From the NCBI GenBank assembly GCA_964035545.1, contig OZ037765.1:12720698-12784697 (forward strand): 64,000 nucleotides of DNA, in the 5' to 3' direction. The notes under the pieces were generated by a model. It ran no database searches. It was not told where the DNA came from and worked only from the letters and a program-made list of their open reading frames with translations. A program made the translations under genes and the position numbers. Positions 39,901-64,000 of the stretch are shown one piece after another (position 1 is the first letter of the stretch; each line of letters starts with the position of its first letter). The DNA is from Bugula neritina (Eukaryota > Animalia > Bryozoa).

Positions 39901-40677
39901 AACCATCATTTGTGGGCTTGTAACTGAATGTTTGTTATTTACTGTTTTTTAACGTCAAGTACAAGTACTATCATTTATATACATAATATAATCTGCAAAA
40001 GCTAGAGAGATTGTTTGAATTAATGTATATACTTATATAATATGATATATCATATCATATCTATCATATATGCATATAATTCAAACTAACTTGCTAGCTT
40101 TGACTGATTATGTCATGTATATAAAGGGAATTACAAACTAATTAATATATAATTTAACTATGACATTTTAAAGGAAATAGTCAACACACCTTTTATCCAT
40201 ATTTGAAGAGGATGAGAAGTCCATACCAGTCAGATGGTTATCGTCAGCCAATGAATTTAGAAAGGAGTGAAAACCTGTTTTAAGTTCTTGAAAACTTATT
40301 TTTCCATCTCCGTCCACATCCAGTTTTGATATAAGAAAGTCTATAGTGTCGGTTTCTGCACTGGGAATAGCTGATGAAAGTTCTCCCCTCTCAATAAAGC
40401 CCGATTTATTTTCGTCCAACTTCAAGAACAGCTCTTTTACCTGCAGTTGTGATACTGGAGAGCTCTCGCTGTAATCATTCTCTGTACATGAAGCTTCATC
40501 AACCGTGGTAGAACTTCGTAACTAAAATATATAAATATAAACCTTTACATCAACACAATTAATCCAAATTGATATCTAGAAGTATCAGTTACATGGCCAT
40601 TCTTCAATATAAGAGGCTAAGTCAATGAATAAAAAACAGAGCTTTACATTTAATGAGTCCAACTCTTTTTCTGACAT
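26250..40677 (-). CDS. RASEF: Ras and EF-hand domain-containing protein (RASEF/Rab45 large Rab GTPase), about 756 aa
   Basis: Exons 40677-40648, 40521-40190, 36231-36094, 35757-35611, 35197-35107, 34745-34638, 34154-33991, 33026-32958, 32329-32213, 31839-31718, 31313-31183, 30906-30829, 30628-30473, 28798-28623, 28051-27850, 27043-26931 and 26346-26250; 2271 nt in frame. EF-hands DENKSGFIERGE and DVDGDGKISFQE, a coiled coil, Rab motifs GDAGVGKT, ATLGIDF, LQLWDTAGQERF, YFRKVDG, NKID, ELSAK, and a C-terminal prenylation motif KKCCNG*. Confidence 0.9.
29340..29937 (+). mobile_element. 5'-truncated non-LTR retrotransposon (CR1/L2-group) 3' end in a RASEF intron
   Basis: The ORF tail KAFRWTFCKRKRNHITELMTNSNWDSLAQRRDNADQKMYFRMLSG...HNTRH...NTKTAKHSYKHR resembles the post-RT C-terminus of CR1/L2 ORF2 (HIT..L..L.W.SL..RR, HNTR). 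It is followed by a 3'UTR and a (GATGA)n tail at about 29917-29936. Confidence 0.7.
31559..31716. repeat. Imperfect tandem duplication (about 70 bp unit, about 86 bp period) next to a RASEF donor site
   Basis: tactgcacctac(c/t)ccaatgaa..tatgctactgaggctac...ctactgtcacatgacac occurs twice. Confidence 0.85.
33606..33798. repeat. Perfect palindrome, 95-bp arms with a 3-nt loop, embedded between two (TA)n runs
   Basis: 33606-33700 is the exact reverse complement of 33704-33798 (loop tgg). (TA)n runs lie at 33562-33606 and 33862-33904. Confidence 0.95.
35004..35078 (-). mobile_element. tRNA-derived SINE head or tRNA pseudogene
   Basis: Minus strand ggtcccgTGGTGTAATAATTAGagcacccgctttcaagacaaaagcctcggGGTTCAAATTCCagtggc has A- and B-box spacing as in tRNA, but the stems do not pair properly. 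Confidence 0.55.
36967..37726. mobile_element. Kolobok-like non-autonomous DNA transposon, 760 bp
   Basis: TTAA|aggattgctcaatctt ... aagatagagcaatcct|TTAA. A TTAA TSD with AG(G)-starting TIRs is the Kolobok signature; piggyBac TIRs start with CC. Confidence 0.75.
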
Positions 40678-43024
40678 TTTGCTTTGTCTGAACTACTGCT
40701 CTTTAAAAGTAATAAGCTGTTAATTGAATCGAATTTGGTTGTTTAACAACTTAGTTTCTAGATTATCTAAGGTGTACTAAACATTGAAAAACAAGCGTTT
40801 TTAATATATGCAGTAGGTGTGAGGTGCTCGACAACGGCTGCCACCCTACTTGTGTCATCACCATATGTGTGTGCCACTACTGCATCATGTGCGAGTGTGT
40901 TTACCTGAAACACATTTCATGTATTCATATACAAGTGGTTTAATGCTTAAAAGCGCTTTTAGGTGAGTAGAATAAAAACATCATGACATATTGCAATATA
41001 TTGCATATGTCATACCATATTTTTTCAAAGGTCAGATAGGTGTTATTTAACTTTATCAGTTCATGCATTCAAGGATTACTAATTTAAATTTTCTGTACAA
41101 AGTGATAGTATATTATACTCATTATCATCTCTAAGTTCAAGTATTCTGGTTTTTCAAAGCATTGCGTATTCTATAGCTTAACCTTCATTACCCTGCATGA
41201 CCTGATGGTATACAGTGGATCATATAATTGATGTATGTTGAATTTGATGACAAAGAGACCAATTTGTTAGGTACTTTTTTTACAAATATCGTTTATATAA
41301 CAATTTGAAACTGGGTCATTATGTATCCGACATTTGTATAGATATCAGACTATATACTACCCCATTCTATAAACGCAATACAATAACTTTATGAATAAAT
41401 GAAAATTTGACTTACACCCCTTACTTCTTCCAATATTTTAATAATAGACTAAAAATTTATCCAAAGAGCCTCACAGAATGACTATCTTTCCACTTTCTAT
41501 TGTTTTTGAACTGCTACCATCATGCACTGTGCATAGCCGGTACAGCTCAAAAGTAAAACAAAAACTAGTGTAGAAGAAATTGAATACACCTATTGTTAAC
41601 CGACACAAACAAGAAGCATTGTTTATCTTATTAGCACAAAAACCAAGATTCTATCACCTTAATTCTAACTCAAAGATGCAATAACACATGACAAACTTGG
41701 TACAGATTAGAAACTATCTTTTCACACTAGTTAAAGACAACTTTTACATGAAAGTAAGGTATTAATGGCATCTGCAACACTTTCAAAGTTGATACTAACC
41801 TGCCCGTTATTAGTGAACTAGTTAGTTAAGTTGACTTTCCACCTACCTGTGAATCTGTGTCAGTCAGTCATTTGGAATACACCATTAGGTCAATCATGCG
41901 TGCATCTTAATATCAATGACAGTGATTAGTTACCTTATGAAAGCATCAACTATAATTTTATTATGGAAAAACCTCGCACCTACTAGTATTCAAATCCAAG
42001 TACCTGCAGAGTTGATAGGTGAGTTACCAAACTAATATTAATCACTCTTGAGGTATGCTATGCCACCATAACTGCTTTTAGTAGCTAGCCTACTCTTTTA
42101 TAGACTTGTATAGAATCACAGCTGGTGCAGTACATTATTTGTAAGATCAATCCATTGTGATGGCAAGACAATCTTGAACAAACACAATGGAGAATAAAAA
42201 CATTATACTGAGATTATCAGCCTTATCTAATTGGTGCACATAATTTGAATAAATATTTTTGTTAGAGGTAAATTACAGAATTTAAAAATGAGGCATTATG
42301 CATATGTAAAAATATCATGTATATATGAACTGTTCATGGTGCTGGCTTGCACTTCAAAATAAGATTCTATTATAGAATTAAAAACCACCAAAAGCTTACT
42401 AATATATCATAATCCTTTCACATTTATTATAACATTCAGCTTTGAAAAATATAACATAATATAACATCAATAATTTATCTGCTGTGTATCCATTGTAACA
42501 GTACAACTGCTATTGAATTGTTTACCCATCCTACATTAGCATATTGCTATCTCCTGCCTGCATTGTAAGAATTATAGATATAGCAAAAGCAGTCACTGGT
42601 TGAATTTTTTTGAAGAACTAATAATATCCGTGACTAATTTCAATAGGAATGCTTATTATATAAGAACTATAAGATGCTCAGGATTAACTAGGAGTCTGAG
42701 TCAGTACATTTTTTACTTATTATTTATTTATACAATGCTACCTGCATTACATAAATTAAAACAGCAATAGTTATTCAATTACATAATCAAAGTATAATCA
42801 CAACAAGCTGAATTGCCAAATAAAGTAAAAATGAAATTGAGATATAAAATATAACAAGAAAATAAGCTGTGTATAAGTAATAATAAGAAATACTTATATT
42901 ATTTACACATGGCATAACCAACCAGGTACAGCACCAATAACTACATCTTATGTACATGAATAGCAATATAAATAATAGAAACCATAGAAAAATATATTAG
43001 ATTCATCTAGTCCTGCTGGTTGAA

Positions 43025-60476
<17,452 letters not shown>

Positions 60477-62334
60477 ATTATCTTGTCTACAACCACAAGA
60501 GCAATCATAGGCGTAAACTTGCAATTAAAGGGTTTTAAAGTTAAATAACAAATATTAATTCCAAGTGTTAGAAACCTGATCACTGGCACCAACCTTGAAT
60601 AACAGTTATTTTTTATCTAAAAGTTACTAATCTTCATGTATAATCACCAACAAATCTGAATTCTCATGGTATGACTAATCATATTCTGAGGATTACAAAC
60701 AGACTTGTAATAAATCTATAGTAATGCTGGAGCAAATGCACTAAGGTTCCTGCTACAGCTGTTTCTGCTGCTTGCCTCATAATTAGATAATAGACTCTGT
60801 TTGATAAAAACCAATACTAGGAGTATAATTACAATAATCATTATAGGCACTGGAATCAAGTCAGACCGACAGCTATGAGTCAGTAGTATTAGTTCAGCGG
60901 TTGACTACTAGTTAAAGTTTATGAGCAACATCATCAAAATAATGATCTGTTGTGAATATCAGTAAAATACAGTTTTCAAGCAATGCCATTGATGTTATAA
61001 CACAATAGATTAGCTATGGGTTGCCACAGACTAGCATTATACACCACATGTTATGTACAGATACTGGAGCTGTTGTAACTGTTCAATGGGAGGAATAGTC
61101 ACTCTGCTAAAAGAATGAGCTACTGGCAATGTTTGATATTTTACTAAAAAATTAAAGCTGGTGGCTGATAACAAATTAGACACTAACTGAAAGTCATCCT
61201 AACAAAAATAGTACCAGAAAAACCTAAATTTTTACTGGTACTGAATGCATAGCTCATGTTAACTACATAAAAACTAAGTTGTGGTATATCAGAAAAACCT
61301 TTAGTTCTAATGTTCTAATTTTTAGCTGTGGTATTGGCAAAACAGCTGCAATGCTGTTTTCGGTCTGCATTTCGAAAGCAGTGAGTAGAACACATAATAT
61401 TATCAAAAGCATAGCAAGTTTATAATAATATTATTATTAACCGCAAAGACAGTCATAACAGCTCTCACAGATTAGCTCATAAGTATTTTAGTTGGCAGAA
61501 CTAGACTCACTCGACAGTCACAATGAATACCATTAGAGTGTTAGACCATCACAATCTATATAGTGTGAATTTGGCATGATTGTAGATTAGCAATCAATAA
61601 CTATAGAACAAGTCTAGGCAAAGAAGTAGCTCTTGTGAGTCAGCTCAGAGTGAAACACATTTTATTCAATACGAAACTCAGAGCAGGCAAAACCAAATAT
61701 TAACGGTAACACATGCAGTTATACTAACTAGAGGTGAACACTAGCAGCCACAACTCCAGTAATCTGTAGAACTGTTTACGGACTGCAGTAAACCAGCCAC
61801 TAACCAAAATATTTATCTATCCAGACACTAGTTCTACAGTCTTTGTGGACTGCAGTGAGTGTGACAGTTGCACTAGACTGAGAATTGACTAACTGAGGCT
61901 GAGACAGGTGAAGCGTCAGAGAAATTACAACAGAAAAAATAGTTTTTACTTCAGAGACAAATAATCAAGAAAGAAGTTCCATTATCACACACATTACTAG
62001 TCATCAAAGTTGAACCCAGTAATTACACCATCAAGCCTAATGGTTAAACATTACTAGCCTTTAAGGGTGAGTGTAACTAATCAAGTTTAACATATGCTGT
62101 AACTGTAAGTGTAAGTTAAATTCACCAATTTCATATCTTATTTATACAGCAGCTATGGTCATCAGCATGGATACTTATTTTGTATACATTTTCCATATTT
62201 TAACAGTTTTATTGAATTTAATATTAAATTGACTTTCATTCTAGGTTCACTGCCAACCACAATGTGAAAGTAAATGTAACTGCAACTGAAAATCTATTAA
62301 AAAGACATGTGCTAGATGAGTATAGCTTTTCATC

Positions 62335-62700
62335 TTGACTACCACTATTACTATTAGTATTATTTAGTCACTATATTTCACCTAGAAAGTTGGCAAACAG
62401 CATTTCACAATATCAATAAAATTAAATATAATTATTATAATAGACCAGTATTATTAATAGTCATAGTGGTATTGATAAGCCTATATCTTCTGTTGCTTTG
62501 AGTTTATCATACTGCTATCTAATACAGTAGTAATACTAATAGTAATATTGATATATTGATGGTCATTTATAAGTGGTACCAAATTGAGCACCTGCAAATT
62601 GAAATTGAACTACATTGACATTGTCATTGTGATTGCCAAAATAATAATAATCTACTTATAACTTACTCTTACTCTTAGATCACTTTATTTAATCTTTTTA
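62335..62700. repeat. Degenerate 6-bp-periodic AT-rich tract upstream of the RIPOR coding exons
   Basis: Examples: act att act att agt att; agt aat act aat agt aat att gat; act tat aac tta ctc tta ctc. Weaker than the other tracts. Confidence 0.6.
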
Positions 62701-62807
62701 AATGCGTATTAAATATAAATTGAGTTCAAATTTGACCTTTACTTTCTGTTGGTGAGTTGATATAAGTCATATAACACATTTAAAGACTGAAAGTTACACT
62801 TACTCAC

Positions 62808-63175
62808 ACTGTTGCTGTCACTGTCTGAGAACGCCCGTATTTTATCCCTGCTTGCAGGCATACAAACTGAAACTAGCACCACACATGAGACTGAGTAAAG
62901 AGTTCGTAACTTCCTGGTATAAAGATGATAGCTATGACTAATTTATTTTTGTGCTACTGTACGGTGCATAATGATAATGACAAGAATAAGAGTGCAAGTG
63001 ATATGGTACCACTGATGTTACTTTATCTATTGAATGCTTGAAGTCGATGAATGGTCATAGAACTAAACAGCTGAGTACTTTGTGTGAACATTTTATCCAA
63101 TCAATACGCGTCTCACAGGCTAATACTGCAATCCTACTCGATGCTGAAGCAGAGCTTGAGATTTGTCCAATCAAA
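62808..63175 (-). promoter_or_regulatory. Putative RIPOR non-coding first exon and promoter with two CCAAT boxes
   Basis: Strong minus-strand donor AGT|gtgagtaag at 62808. TCCAATCAA occurs twice, with CCAAT at 63097 and 63167. The ATG exon has an acceptor at 60487, so an upstream UTR exon is required. Confidence 0.4.
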
Positions 63176-64000
63176 ATGCAAGACTAAGGTCACTTCAGCA
63201 GAAACGGTGCACTATAATAATATTTTACCATTACTGTAGTCGAACATTGCTCTAGGTTACTGGTGTCCAATATAAGGCAAAATCTGCAACTTATGCCACA
63301 CGAAGCTAACAATAAAATGTAGTACAAGATTAGTAATTACATGCACTATTAAATAATTCCAATGCAATCTGAAGCCAGGTCAGATCAAATTTATATAAAG
63401 AAGCATTCTAATAAAAGCTAGTTGTAAGCTAATACTATAAGTTGAGCAAGTGTTACATAGCTCACACATGTGAGATGATCATTTCAACAGACACAAGATT
63501 TCGTTATCCACTAAAATAGAATATCAAGTTGGCTTCAAATTCTAAGTCACATTAGTAATTTTTAAATTAAAATTCAATCAATTTTGAAAAATAATTATTA
63601 AAAAACTTGGACTCAAGTATTGCTTCCTTGTTTCTTATGAAGGGAGAATTTTATTGCATTGAAAATAGCAAACACATGTTATGGTATTGTCATGTAATAA
63701 AAAGTTATGCTAAGTCATGTTACATGCAATTTGAAAAACTAAAAACCGCTTAAAAGGAAGTTAATGCTCAAAATATTCGCAGACAGATATGCAGTGTGAA
63801 AATACCATATTGATAATAAAATATAGTAGATTGTAGATATCTAAGTGAGTTAAAACAAGAAAGAAACCTGGAAAAGCAGTTGTTCTACACTAACCTATCC
63901 TTAGCTACACGATGTGCACTCATAGAAGTTGTCCTCCTAACCCTTGCAGACTGCGAGGCAGTGTAAACAGACTCAACATCTGCGGAGGCAGAAATAGAAC

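Overview
AT-rich, intron-rich animal (invertebrate-type) genomic DNA; the species cannot be determined from the sequence. Five spliced genes were reconstructed by hand from splice sites, reading-frame continuity and family motifs: (1) the 5' part of an adducin gene (minus, runs off the left edge); (2) an upstream tandem paralog encoding a head-only, tail-less adducin-like protein of about 373 aa (minus); (3) a small VOPP1/WBP1-family (Shisa-like) single-pass protein with PPxY motifs, 141 aa (plus); (4) RASEF/Rab45 (EF-hands, coiled coil, Rab; about 756 aa, minus); (5) a RIPOR/FAM65 gene (about 854 aa, minus) with three GC-AG introns. Introns hold non-autonomous DNA transposons (MULE-, nested Harbinger-, Kolobok- and Sola-like), a truncated CR1/L2-type LINE, tRNA-derived SINE-like heads, a perfect 95-bp-arm palindrome and several mini/microsatellites. 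The most unusual signal is a degenerate 6-bp-periodic AT-rich tract (ANT-ATN / ANT-NAT). It sits at the start of the known or inferred first intron of four of the five genes, and at an equivalent position inside a transposon.
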